From: a virus
Taxonomy: Duplodnaviria; Heunggongvirae; Uroviricota; Caudoviricetes
IMG/VR virus record: IMGVR_UViG_648861009_000006
Strand: one strand, 5' to 3'
DNA: 20,685 nucleotides
The notes beneath the pieces are model-generated. The model was not told where the DNA came from, did not search any database, and worked only from the letters and a program-made list of their open reading frames with translations. Below are positions 1 to 8,335 of this stretch, piece after piece. The translations under genes were made by a program, and so were the position numbers. The first letter of the stretch is position 1, and the number at the start of each line of letters is the position of its first letter.

Positions 1-1143
1 CTATGCTGTTTTGATATCTACGATAACCCAGTCTTTACCACGATCATCATTGTATCGGTCGGTCATTTTTCTGGATTTATGGCCTAACAACTTTTGCGTA
101 TCCAGACCCTGTTCCCGATATAACCGTTCTGACAGAGATCGCTGCTCATGAAATGTGGGCGCAGTTCCTTGCTCCCATTTTATGCCACATTTTTCCCTGG
201 CCTTTTTAAAAGCCGTTGTCAGAGTATTTGCAGAAACCTGGTCTCCTCTGTTTGCTTGAGAGGTAGTGTGACGGTAATGGACCAGATATTTACTAACAAC
301 AGCATCCCTGCACTGAGATATAACTTCACGAAGGGTAATATTCAGAGCATCGCATTTCAGGTTAAGCGGAATAGCAAGTTTTGAACCGGTTTTTTCCTGA
401 GTAATGTGCAACATGTCGTCCCAGATATCAGAGAATTTCAAATTGCAGATATCACCTAAACGTTGTCCAGTAACAAGAGCAAGTAGCATGCCGCATTTTA
501 AATAGGGCTGCCGTCTGCTTACGCTTTCAAATATTGCCTGCCATTCGGGCAGTGACAATCTTTGGCGGTTTACTCGATTTCGCGGTTGTTTTGTTGCCTG
601 CGCTGGGTTAAATCCTGGCGGAACATGTCCTGCGTGTTGTGCTTCTTTGAAGACGTCGATCAACACCATTCTCACGACTTGCGCCATCCTGTTATGACCT
701 TCAGCCTTTACAGCATCAATTATTTCGGCAATATCAAGTGCGGTAATATCCTTGAGGTGTTGCATTCCACAATGCTCACGGAAAAGACGAATGGGTTTGC
801 CTTTTTGCCGATAGGAGTTGGGTCTTAGTTCATTATGTTGCAGCCTGTCCTCCTGGATAGAAATATATTTATCAAGCCATTCTGTCACCGTAATTTCTGA
901 GCGCCTGCCTTTCATTCTTTCCAGACGCTCATTGACGCTTAATATTTGTCGGGTACGTTGTTCAGCAATAATGGTATTTGCTTCAGTAGCAACTTGTTTT
1001 GCTTCATTCTCATCAGTTCCTAAGCTATGAAAACGACCGGATAGTGGATGTTTGTATTGCCAATATACCTTTCCGGTTCGCTTATCTAATTTGCAATATA
1101 AATTGGGTATAGAGATTTTGTGAGATCGGGGTCTAGCAGCCAT
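1..1143 (-). CDS. int: Phage tyrosine integrase, 380 aa (IntD/DLP12-like rather than lambda Int)
   Basis: Complete ORF from ATG at 1143 to stop at 1-3. C-terminal catalytic region has the tyrosine recombinase signature (HEQRSLSERLY...LLGHKS...DRY). It is the first gene of the prophage and overlaps xis by 11 nt. Confidence 0.9.
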   Translation of the reverse strand: MAARPRSHKISIPNLYCKLDKRTGKVYWQYKHPLSGRFHSLGTDENEAKQVATEANTIIAEQRTRQILSVNERLERMKGRRSEITVTEWLDKYISIQEDRLQHNELRPNSYRQKGKPIRLFREHCGMQHLKDITALDIAEIIDAVKAEGHNRMAQVVRMVLIDVFKEAQHAGHVPPGFNPAQATKQPRNRVNRQRLSLPEWQAIFESVSRRQPYLKCGMLLALVTGQRLGDICNLKFSDIWDDMLHITQEKTGSKLAIPLNLKCDALNITLREVISQCRDAVVSKYLVHYRHTTSQANRGDQVSANTLTTAFKKAREKCGIKWEQGTAPTFHEQRSLSERLYREQGLDTQKLLGHKSRKMTDRYNDDRGKDWVIVDIKTA

Positions 1144-1369
1144 CAGCGATTATCCGTTGGAGTTTTGGGTTTGCGTTTATTGGGAGTTGCGGTTCTGCAA
1201 GCGTTCCTACAAAACGGGAATTTCGGTCAATCATCCAGTAGCGACCAACTTTTATAGCGGGTGGGGCCATCATTTTCCCTTGCGCGTATTTTTTCAGAAC
1301 TCGCTCACTTGGTGCTAAGTCCCCAAATTCTTCTTTAGCCCAGTCCTGTAAAGTGATTAGTCGAGACAT
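1133..1369 (-). CDS. xis: Excisionase-like small DNA-binding protein, 78 aa
   Basis: Small basic ORF immediately upstream of and overlapping int, with a strong RBS (GAGGAGG) about 5 nt upstream. Position and size are typical of Xis, but it is not lambda-type Xis sequence. Confidence 0.7.
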   Translation of the reverse strand: MSRLITLQDWAKEEFGDLAPSERVLKKYAQGKMMAPPAIKVGRYWMIDRNSRFVGTLAEPQLPINANPKLQRIIADGC

Positions 1370-1508
1370 TTGTCCTCCTCTTAGCTGCTGAGGGAGTTTG
1401 TGACCGATATATCTGACATGATATTAAGCTCATGGCAGGTACATCTCTTGACTGGTCATAGAGATAAATTTAATGCTGAGAAATGCAGTATTGAATTTAT
1501 CAATTTTT

Positions 1509-1748
1509 CTATTTCCTGCGTATGGCACGTAACTTCTTAATGTGTTCTGCCGTTTCGATCTCTTCTGCTATCCGATCTGCATCAGCTTTATTCACAGGTT
1601 CAAAGTCATGATTAAAGCGGAACATGCTGGCGATACATGTTCTGCCTTTTCGGATGTAGTGAACTTTGTTGTAGGTAGAACGCAGGATTTTGCAGGGAGT
1701 GCCGTGGTGGTCGACGTACCAGGTGTTAGGAAAAATGATTCTGAGCAT
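1509..1748 (-). CDS. Hypothetical phage early-left protein, 79 aa
   Basis: ATG-initiated ORF with an upstream GAGGTG RBS, co-oriented with the pL operon. No function recognised. Confidence 0.45.
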   Translation of the reverse strand: MLRIIFPNTWYVDHHGTPCKILRSTYNKVHYIRKGRTCIASMFRFNHDFEPVNKADADRIAEEIETAEHIKKLRAIRRK

Positions 1749-1795
1749 TTTTACACCTCAGTTGGACGATGTTGAAATTTGCTGCTTTGAGGCCA

Positions 1796-2014
1796 TCACA
1801 ATCCCCATTGTTTGTTCTTAAGTTCGATCTCCTCCTGGCAACTTGCACAAGTCCGACAACCCTGAACGACCAGGCGTCTTCGCTCATCTATCGGATCGCC
1901 ACACTCACAACAATGAGTGGCAGATACAGTCTGGTAGTTCAGACGACGCATTTTTATTGCTGTATTGCGCTGTAATTCTTCGATTTCTGATGCTGAATCA
2001 ATGATGTCTGCCAT
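1796..2014 (-). CDS. TraR/DksA-family C4 zinc-finger protein, 72 aa
   Basis: Four-cysteine motif CCECGDPIDERRR...CRTCASCQ, typical of phage and plasmid TraR/DksA-like zinc-finger proteins. Confidence 0.75.
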   Translation of the reverse strand: MADIIDSASEIEELQRNTAIKMRRLNYQTVSATHCCECGDPIDERRRLVVQGCRTCASCQEEIELKNKQWGL

Positions 2015-2067
2015 CTTCCATTAATCCCTGAATTGTTGGTTAATACGCTTGAGGGTGAATGCGAATA

Positions 2068-2091
2068 ATAAAAAAGGAGCCTGTAGCTCCC
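2068..2091 (-). terminator. Putative intrinsic terminator within the pL operon (hairpin GGAGCCTGTAGCTCC followed by a U-run on the minus strand)
   Basis: Inverted repeat GGAGC/GCTCC preceded on the plus strand by an A-run (a U-run on the minus-strand transcript). Confidence 0.4.
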
Positions 2092-2112
2092 TGATGATTT
2101 TGCTTTTCATGT

Positions 2113-2412
2113 TCATCGCTCCTTAAAGACGCCGTTTAACATGCCGATCGCCAGGCTTAAATGAGTCGGTGTGAATCCCATCAGCGTTACCGTTTCGCGG
2201 TGCTTCTTCAGTACGCTACGGCAAATGTCATCGACGTTTTTATCCGGAAACTGCTGTCTGGCTTTTTTGATTTCAGAGTTAGCTTGACGGGCAATGCTGC
2301 GAAGGGCGTTTTTCTGCTGAGGTGTCACTGAACAAGCCCCATGCCGGAAAGCATAAGCACACAGAATATGAAGCCCGCCGCCAGAAAAATGCATTCTGTT
2401 GTTGTCATGCAA
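2113..2412 (-). CDS. Hypothetical small phage protein (lambda b-region-like ORF), up to 99 aa
   Basis: ORF in operon context between the terminator and the orf63-like gene, with an ATGA overlap with the upstream gene. Start codon uncertain. Confidence 0.5.
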   Translation of the reverse strand: MHDNNRMHFSGGGLHILCAYAFRHGACSVTPQQKNALRSIARQANSEIKKARQQFPDKNVDDICRSVLKKHRETVTLMGFTPTHLSLAIGMLNGVFKER

Positions 2413-2596
2413 GCTCTCTCTCGTTTGCCTCTGCTTTCGCCGCCATCATTTCCAGCTTTTGTGAAAGGGATGCGGCTAACGTATGAAATTCTTCGTCTGT
2501 TTCTGCTGGTATTGGCACAAACCTGACTCCAATTTGAGCAAGGCTATGTGCCATCTCAATGCTCGTTCTTAACTCAACAGGAGATGCTTTGTGCAT
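2405..2596 (-). CDS. Lambda orf63-like protein, 63 aa
   Basis: 63-aa ORF in the position of lambda orf63 downstream of exo; the sequence [26 protein letters not shown]... matches my recollection of lambda orf63. Confidence 0.6.
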   Translation of the reverse strand: MHKASPVELRTSIEMAHSLAQIGVRFVPIPAETDEEFHTLAASLSQKLEMMAAKAEANERELA

Positions 2597-2757
2597 ACAG
2601 CCCCTCGTTTATTATTTATCTCCTCAGCCAGCCGCTGGGCTTTCAGTGGATTTTGGATAACAGAAAGGCCGGGAAATACCCAGCCTCGCTTTGTAACGGA
2701 GTAGACGAAAGTGATCGCGCCTACCCGGATATTATCGTGAGGATGCGTCATCGCCAT
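2569..2757 (-). CDS. Lambda orf60a-like protein, 62 aa
   Basis: ATG-initiated ORF ([19 protein letters not shown]...) overlapping the exo 3' end and the orf63 5' end in another frame, as in the lambda exo-proximal b region. Confidence 0.5.
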   Translation of the reverse strand: MAMTHPHDNIRVGAITFVYSVTKRGWVFPGLSVIQNPLKAQRLAEEINNKRGAVCTKHLLLS

Positions 2758-3428
2758 TGCTCCCCAAATACAAAACCAATTTCAGCCAGTGCCTCGTCCA
2801 TTTTTTCGATGAACTCCGGCACCATCTCGTCAAAACTCGCCATGTACTTTTCATCCCGCTCAACCACGACATAATGCAGTCCTTCACGCTTCATACGCGG
2901 GTCATAGTTGGCAAAGTACCAGGCATCTTTTCGTGTCACCCACATGCTGTACTGCACCTGGGCCATGTAAGCCGACTTTATGGCCTCGAAACCACCGAGC
3001 CGGAACTTCATGAAATCCCGGGAGGTAAACGGGCATTTCAGCTCAAGGCCATTGCCGTCACTGCATAAACCATCGGGAGAGCAGGCGGTGCGCATACTTT
3101 CGTCGCGATAGATGATCGGGGATTCAGTAACATTCACGCCGGAAGTGAATTCAAACAGAGTTCTGGCGTCGTTCTCGTACTGTTTTCCCCAGGCCAGCGC
3201 CTTAGCATTAACTTCCGGAGCCACACCGGTGCAAACCTCAGCCAGCAGGGTGTGGAAGTAGGACATTTTCATGTCAGGCCACTTCTTTCCTGAGCGGGGC
3301 TTTGCTATCACGTTGTGAACTTGTGAAGCGGTGATGACGCCGAGCCGTAATTTGTGCCACGCATCATCTCCCTGCTCGATAGCTCTCACGTCGATCCCGG
3401 TACGCTGCAGGATAATGTCCGGTGTCAT
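2748..3428 (-). CDS. exo: Lambda exonuclease (Red alpha), 226 aa
   Basis: Translation [16 protein letters not shown]...GEQWR is essentially lambda Exo over its full length, with start-codon overlap with the bet stop. Confidence 0.97.
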   Translation of the reverse strand: MTPDIILQRTGIDVRAIEQGDDAWHKLRLGVITASQVHNVIAKPRSGKKWPDMKMSYFHTLLAEVCTGVAPEVNAKALAWGKQYENDARTLFEFTSGVNVTESPIIYRDESMRTACSPDGLCSDGNGLELKCPFTSRDFMKFRLGGFEAIKSAYMAQVQYSMWVTRKDAWYFANYDPRMKREGLHYVVVERDEKYMASFDEMVPEFIEKMDEALAEIGFVFGEQWR

Positions 3429-4210
3429 GCTGCCACCTTCTGTTCAGTGGCTTTTTGTTTCAGGAATCCAAGAGCTTTCACTGCTTCGTCCTGTGTCAGT
3501 TCTGACGATGCACGAATGTCGCGGCGAAATATCTGGGAACAGAGCGGCAATAAGTCGTCATCCCATGTTTTATCCAGGGCGATCAGCAGAGTGTTAATCT
3601 CCTGCATGGTTTCATCGTTAACCGGAGTGATGTCGCGTTCCGGCTGACGTTCTGCAGTGTATGCGGTATTTTCGACAATGCGCTCGGCTTCATCCTTGTC
3701 ATAGATACCAGCAAATCCGAAGGCGAGACGGGCACACTGAATCATGGCTTTATGCCGTAACATCCGTTTGGGATGCGACTGCCACGGCCCCGTGATTTCT
3801 CTGCCTTCGCGAGTTTTGAATGGTTCGCGGCGGCATTCATCCATCCATTCGGTAACGCAGATCGGATGATTACGGTCCTTGCGGTAAATCCGGCATGTAC
3901 AGGATTCATTGTCCTGCTCAAAGTCCATGCCATCAAACTGCTGGTTTTCATTGATGATGCGGGACCAGCCATCAACGCCCACCACCGGAACGATGCCGTT
4001 CTGCTTATCAGGGAAGGCGTAAATTTCTTTCGTCCACGGATTAAGGCCGTACTGGTTGGCGACGATCAACAATGCGATGAACTGCGCATCGCTGGCATCA
4101 CCTTTAAATGCCGTCTGGCGAAGAGTGGTGATCAGTTCCTGTGGGTCGACAGAATCCATGCCGACACGTTCAGCCAGCTTCCCTGCCAGCGTTGCGAGTG
4201 CTGTACTCAT
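3425..4210 (-). CDS. bet: Red beta single-strand annealing protein, 261 aa
   Basis: Translation [66 protein letters not shown]... is lambda Bet in length and sequence. Confidence 0.97.
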   Translation of the reverse strand: MSTALATLAGKLAERVGMDSVDPQELITTLRQTAFKGDASDAQFIALLIVANQYGLNPWTKEIYAFPDKQNGIVPVVGVDGWSRIINENQQFDGMDFEQDNESCTCRIYRKDRNHPICVTEWMDECRREPFKTREGREITGPWQSHPKRMLRHKAMIQCARLAFGFAGIYDKDEAERIVENTAYTAERQPERDITPVNDETMQEINTLLIALDKTWDDDLLPLCSQIFRRDIRASSELTQDEAVKALGFLKQKATEQKVAA

Positions 4211-4216
4211 CCGTTT

Positions 4217-4451
4217 TATACCTCTGAATCAATATCAACCTGGTGGTGAGCAATGGTTTCAACCATGTACCGGATGTGTTCTGCCATGCGCTCCTGAAAC
4301 TCAACATCGTCATCAAACGCACGGGTAATGGCTTTTTGCTGGCCCCGTGGCGTTGCAAATGATCGATGCATAGCGATTCAAACAGGTGCTGGGGCAGGCC
4401 TTTTTCCATGTCGTCTGCCAGTTCTGCCTCTTTCTCTTCACGGGCGATCTG
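4217..4451 (-). other. gam: Duplicated copy of the gam 3' segment (contains the gam stop codon at about 4217-4219); near-identical to 4751-4974 with a 1-bp T-run difference
   Basis: 4229-4451 repeats 4751-4974. Minus-strand reading gives the Gam C-terminus ...[14 protein letters not shown] followed by a stop. This copy has GGCTTTTTGCTGG where the other has GGCTTTTTTGCTGG, which frameshifts it. Confidence 0.6.
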
Positions 4452-4750
4452 NNNNNNNNNNNNNNNNNNNNNNNNNNNNNNNNNNNNNNNNNNNNNNNNN
4501 NNNNNNNNNNNNNNNNNNNNNNNNNNNNNNNNNNNNNNNNNNNNNNNNNNNNNNNNNNNNNNNNNNNNNNNNNNNNNNNNNNNNNNNNNNNNNNNNNNNN
4601 NNNNNNNNNNNNNNNNNNNNNNNNNNNNNNNNNNNNNNNNNNNNNNNNNNNNNNNNNNNNNNNNNNNNNNNNNNNNNNNNNNNNNNNNNNNNNNNNNNNN
4701 NNNNNNNNNNNNNNNNNNNNNNNNNNNNNNNNNNNNNNNNNNNNNNNNNN
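4452..4750. other. Run of 299 N (assembly gap)
   Basis: Unbroken N-run flanked by duplicated sequence. Confidence 0.95.
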
Positions 4751-5154
4751 TCAATATCAACCTGGTGGTGAGCAATGGTTTCAACCATGTACCGGATGTG
4801 TTCTGCCATGCGCTCCTGAAACTCAACATCGTCATCAAACGCACGGGTAATGGCTTTTTTGCTGGCCCCGTGGCGTTGCAAATGATCGATGCATAGCGAT
4901 TCAAACAGGTGCTGGGGCAGGCCTTTTTCCATGTCGTCTGCCAGTTCTGCCTCTTTCTCTTCACGGGCGATCTGCTGGTAGTGACGCGCCCAGCTCTGAG
5001 CCTCAAGACGATCCTGAATGTAATAAGCGTTCATGGCTGAACTCCTGAAATAGCTGTGAAAATATCGCCCGCGAAATGCCGGGCTGATTAGGAAAACAGG
5101 AAAGGGGGTTAGTGAATGCTTTTGCTTGATCTCAGTTTCAGTATTAATATCCAT
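4751..5154 (-). CDS. gam: Gam, RecBCD inhibitor (5' portion; the 3' end runs into the N-gap)
   Basis: Translation from ATG at 5154: [100 protein letters not shown]...HHQVDI, which is lambda Gam. Confidence 0.85.
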
Positions 5155-5252
5155 TTTTTATAAGCGTCGACGGCCTCACGAAACATCTTTTCATCGCCAA
5201 TAAAAGTGGCGATAGTGAATTTAGTCTGGATAGCCATAAGTGTTTGATCCAT
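5109..5252 (-). CDS. kil: Kil (host division inhibitor), 47 aa
   Basis: Internal ATG in the 5109..5378 ORF gives [47 protein letters not shown], matching lambda Kil. It overlaps the gam start by 46 nt, as in lambda. Confidence 0.85.
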   Translation of the reverse strand: MDQTLMAIQTKFTIATFIGDEKMFREAVDAYKKWILILKLRSSKSIH

Positions 5253-5385
5253 TTTTTGGGACTCCTGGCTGATTAAGTATGTCGATAAGGCGTTTCCATC
5301 CGTCACGTAATTTACGGGTGATTCGTTCAAGTAAAGATTCGGAAGGGCAGCCAGCAACAGGCCACCCTGCAATGGCATATTGCAT
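5221..5385 (-). CDS. cIII: CIII (FtsH/HflB inhibitor), 54 aa
   Basis: Hand translation of the minus strand from ATG at 5383-5385 gives [54 protein letters not shown], matching lambda CIII. It is not in the ORF track because it is under 60 aa. Confidence 0.9.
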   Translation of the reverse strand: MQYAIAGWPVAGCPSESLLERITRKLRDGWKRLIDILNQPGVPKNGSNTYGYPD

Positions 5386-5457
5386 GGTGTGCTCCTTATT
5401 TATACATAACGAAAAACGCCTCGAGTGAAGCGTTATTGGTATGCGGTAACGCCGCGC

Positions 5458-5826
5458 TCAGGCGGCTTTGATAGTCATATCATCTGAATCAAATATTCCT
5501 GATGTATCGATATCGGTAATTCTTATTCCTTCGCTACCATCCATTGGAGGCCATCCTTCCTGACCATTTCCATCATTCCAGTCGAACTCACACACAACAC
5601 CATATGCATTTAAGTCGCTTGAAATTGCTATAAGCAGAGCATGTTGCGCCAGCATGATTAATACAGCATTTAATACAGAGCCGTGTTTATTGAGTCGGTA
5701 TTCAGAGTCTGACCAGAAATTATTAATCTGGTGAAGTTTTTCCTCTGTCATTACGTCATGGTCGATTTCAATTTCTATTGATGCTTTCCAGTCGTAATCA
5801 ATGATGTATTTTTTGATGTTTGACAT
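5458..5826 (-). CDS. ea10: Ea10-like early protein, 122 aa
   Basis: 122-aa ORF in the lambda ea10 position upstream of cIII; size and context match. Confidence 0.75.
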   Translation of the reverse strand: MSNIKKYIIDYDWKASIEIEIDHDVMTEEKLHQINNFWSDSEYRLNKHGSVLNAVLIMLAQHALLIAISSDLNAYGVVCEFDWNDGNGQEGWPPMDGSEGIRITDIDTSGIFDSDDMTIKAA

Positions 5827-5845
5827 CTATTCATATCCTCACAGA

Positions 5846-5872
5846 TAAAAAATCGCCCTCACATTGGAGGGC
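5846..5872 (-). terminator. Putative intrinsic terminator in the pL operon upstream of ea10 (tL-like)
   Basis: Hairpin GCCCTC-ACATTG-GAGGGC, followed on the minus strand by a U-run (plus-strand AAAAAA at about 5846-5852). Confidence 0.45.
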
Positions 5873-6086
5873 AAAGAAGATTTCCAATAATCAGAACAAG
5901 TCGGCTCCTGTTTAGTTACGAGCGACATTGCTCAGTGTATTCACTCGTTGGAATGAATACACAGTGCAGTGTTTATTAGTATGCCTGTCTTTTAACCACA
6001 TCAGGCTCGGTGGTTCTCGTGTACCCCTACAGCGAGAAATCGGATAAACTCTATTCACCCCTACAGAGAGCAAAAGAGAAACGCCG

Positions 6087-6668
6087 ATGAACAACTCATG
6101 GTGGCAGGAACTAATGCATTTTTTCCTGCAAGGAATGACACTTAAACAGTTGATTCATATGCTAATCATCCTGAACATATTGATTATTGTTATGCCTGTA
6201 AGCGTAAAAGAATGGATAAACCTGCATAATCCAGAAATCCTTCCTCATTACTGGATGTATTACATCCTGTTGTTTTGCGTTAGCTATGTGCTTAACGGCG
6301 TTGTTAATTCCGCTTATCACGCTGTGACTGTAAGAATTGAGATATTCGCTGCTCAGAAGCGCAAATCTAAAGAAGAGAAATACGTGCAAGATTTGTTTGA
6401 TTCGTTAACTCTTGGAGAAAGAGCGTATTTGGCATTCGCTGTAGCCGCTAATAACCAGCTAAAGACAGAAAAGGGAAGCCCTGAAGCAATCTCATTGCTC
6501 GAAAAAGGGCTTCTTATTCGGGTACCTTCTGCTACTGGATATCCTGAAATCGACCGTTTTGTTATCCCGGAACGCTATAGAAATGAGTGCTACATTAGGT
6601 TTGCTGGGAAGAAAGACAGTCTTATGGATGAACTTATCGCTCAGGATAAGCATGGCAAAAACAAGTAA
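6087..6668 (+). CDS. sieB: Superinfection exclusion protein B, 193 aa, membrane protein
   Basis: MNNSWWQELMHFFLQGMTLKQLIHMLIILNILIIVMPVSVKEW... with hydrophobic segments. It sits on the opposite strand between ea10 and N, as in lambda and P22. Confidence 0.85.
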   Translation: MNNSWWQELMHFFLQGMTLKQLIHMLIILNILIIVMPVSVKEWINLHNPEILPHYWMYYILLFCVSYVLNGVVNSAYHAVTVRIEIFAAQKRKSKEEKYVQDLFDSLTLGERAYLAFAVAANNQLKTEKGSPEAISLLEKGLLIRVPSATGYPEIDRFVIPERYRNECYIRFAGKKDSLMDELIAQDKHGKNK

Positions 6669-6684
6669 TTAGCAAATGAATTTA

Positions 6685-6993
6685 TCATCTCGCCGTCAGT
6701 TGTTTTGATTTCCGGTAGCCTGCCGCGTAAATAGCTACGTTTGGCAGGCAAACACTTCCACTGCATTCATCTACTTTCTTGCAGCGAAGGCTTCCGAGTG
6801 ATATTGCTTTTTCAGAAAGGCTTAACCGCTTTCTCGGGTCTTCCTGAACAGGTTCCTCACTGTCTGTGCCGAAGATCGAATCGATGATGTTGCAGATGGA
6901 ATCACGCTCGATGGCCAGCTTTCTGCGCCGCTCATGACGGCGAGTTTTGGCATTTCCTGCAAATGTTGATTTTCCGTACACGATTACCGTCAT
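6685..6993 (-). CDS. N: Antitermination protein N, P22 gene-24 type (about 102 aa)
   Basis: Internal ATG of the 6685..7077 ORF gives MTVIVYGKSTFAGNAKTRRHERRRKLAIERD..., an arginine-rich motif of the P22 N type. It lies just downstream of a nutL-like boxA/boxB. Confidence 0.8.
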   Translation of the reverse strand: MTVIVYGKSTFAGNAKTRRHERRRKLAIERDSICNIIDSIFGTDSEEPVQEDPRKRLSLSEKAISLGSLRCKKVDECSGSVCLPNVAIYAAGYRKSKQLTAR

Positions 6994-7111
6994 GATGTTT
7001 TCCTCATGTGAAATGGCTTTGGTGGTGATGCGCCAGATGCTGATCTTCTGGTTGCTGTCGTTACTGCTGCAATTCACATCACCCCAAACCCATCTCGTTT
7101 GGTATCTGTTC

Positions 7112-7145
7112 GCGCTTTGTCAGCGCATCATCGAAGTTAAAGAGC
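7112..7145 (-). promoter_or_regulatory. nutL: boxB hairpin (minus-strand GCGCTGACAAAGCGC) with an upstream boxA-like GCTCTTTAAC
   Basis: The plus strand reads GCGCTTTGTCAGCGC at about 7112-7126, whose reverse complement is the P22-type boxB stem-loop. A boxA-like element lies on the minus strand at about 7134-7145, between the expected pL and the N start. Confidence 0.6.
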
Positions 7146-7401
7146 CTGCCAATCTGTTCCGTTTGGCTGCCAGCGTCCTGCTGATGGCGATTATAATGAA
7201 CCAATAGTTCGATATTATCAAGAACTATAAGTACGAATTGTTTGTGGTTCATTAACTTAATGAGATATGTTTTTGATATGTAAAGGAATTTATTTTTGTA
7301 AAGATTGAAGATTGGTCAGTAGGAGAGAAAGAATTGTTTGCTGGCGTGTTAGTTCGTGGGTTAGCACATGTGCGGATGTTAAATAAGGTAGACGATCGTG
7401 A

Positions 7402-7429
7402 GGAAAAGAAAAACCGGCGCTGAGGCCGG
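7402..7429 (-). terminator. Intrinsic terminator immediately downstream of the 299-aa gene (ends the cI-distal transcript)
   Basis: Hairpin CCGGC-GCTGAG-GCCGG at about 7414-7429, followed on the minus strand by UUUUCUUUUCC. Confidence 0.5.
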
Positions 7430-7435
7430 GTATAA

Positions 7436-8335
7436 TTATTTGATTATTTCTTTTATAAAGACTTCTTTCGGTTGGTATTTTTTATCTGATGATTTGAGCT
7501 GGTACGTTATTGTTATATCAGCACGTACAGAAAATTTACCTGCAAAATCTGATGGGTTTACGTTGGGGCCAAGAACCATATTTACTCTTCGATCTATTAA
7601 TCCAGGGATAACAGCAGCCCAACCTTTCTCTGGATTGTCGAGGTCTAATGCACGGATTTCAACATCAACATCAAAATGATCCTGAGTATATGACTCTGGT
7701 GTGAAGACAACTTCAGTTGGGGCTTTTTTAATGGTTTCAGCGGGAATGGTCACTGTACCACCCCCTGTACCTATGACCATCGTAGATCCTTCGTCTGCCC
7801 TAGCTGGGGCAAGCGTCTTAATGGAACTTTTGGCAAGAGTCTTCTTATTGGTTACCGTGCTTTCTATGATTGCTTGAAGACGGTCAGGTGAAATATTAGC
7901 CTCACCGGCACCAATATTGATGATTGTATTGTTATTTGCTTCAAAGTGGGAGGTGTTGCTTGGAGCCATAGCCTTAGTTGCTAGAACTAAGCCATATCCA
8001 ACCAGACCAATAACAACAGCACCAACGAGAGCGTTTCTCATTTTCCCATTTCCGATCTTTGCATGAGCGCCAGCAAGAAACTTGTCCATTTCTTCTTGGC
8101 TACCAAAGAGGAGTTTAATAACAATATCTTCATAAAGGCTTCCTGCTTCTAATCGCGCAACATGCACCGATATATCAAGGATATTAGCCCCTGTCAGTTC
8201 CTGCAAAACACCTTCTGATTGTTTTGCGATGGCCTCCCACCCTTGAAGGGAGGTAATCACATCTTTGATGCTTACAGGTTCTTTAGTTGAATAATATATG
8301 TTTTCGGTAAAGGTTAAAGATAATTCTTGGGACAT
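7436..8335 (-). CDS. Uncharacterised 299-aa single-pass membrane protein in the rexAB-equivalent slot; candidate superinfection-exclusion or abortive-infection protein
   Basis: Long ORF co-oriented with and 129 bp downstream of cI. One strongly hydrophobic segment sits mid-protein (MRNALVGAVVIGLVGYGLVLATKAMAP), preceded by a K/R-rich stretch that suggests N-in topology, with a Gly/Thr-rich C-terminal domain. Codon usage is AT-rich and its own terminator follows. I recognise no homolog. Confidence 0.65.
   Translation of the reverse strand: MSQELSLTFTENIYYSTKEPVSIKDVITSLQGWEAIAKQSEGVLQELTGANILDISVHVARLEAGSLYEDIVIKLLFGSQEEMDKFLAGAHAKIGNGKMRNALVGAVVIGLVGYGLVLATKAMAPSNTSHFEANNNTIINIGAGEANISPDRLQAIIESTVTNKKTLAKSSIKTLAPARADEGSTMVIGTGGGTVTIPAETIKKAPTEVVFTPESYTQDHFDVDVEIRALDLDNPEKGWAAVIPGLIDRRVNMVLGPNVNPSDFAGKFSVRADITITYQLKSSDKKYQPKEVFIKEIIK

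Noticed and set aside
3331-4328. Plus-strand ORFs inside exo/bet (3331..3597, 3354..3647, 3773..4249, 4056..4328) and minus-strand 3742..3975
   Set aside because: They are antisense or alternative-frame to exo and bet, whose translations match lambda over full length; they lack RBS context.
4229-4974. True tandem duplication of the gam 3' region (and of the O linker region at 10390-10935)
   Set aside because: The duplicated blocks abut N-runs exactly and differ only by homopolymer length, the signature of overlapping contig ends. A biological duplication would not be expected to coincide with scaffold gaps at both loci.
4170-5006. Several long ORFs on both strands containing runs of X (4170..5006, 4328..4771, 4366..4896, 4386..4850; likewise 10233..11003, 12947..14215, 13096..14262, 13186..14337)
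   Set aside because: They exist only because unbroken N-runs have no stop codons; they are artefacts of the gaps, not genes.
5912-6094. 60-aa minus-strand ORF between ea10 and sieB (where Ral would be)
   Set aside because: It starts with TTG, overlaps the sieB start and upstream repeats, and its translation does not resemble Ral; most likely spurious.
7398-7679. 93-aa plus-strand ORF overlapping the 3' end of the 299-aa gene
   Set aside because: It is antisense to a better-supported long ORF and overlaps that gene's terminator hairpin; no independent support.
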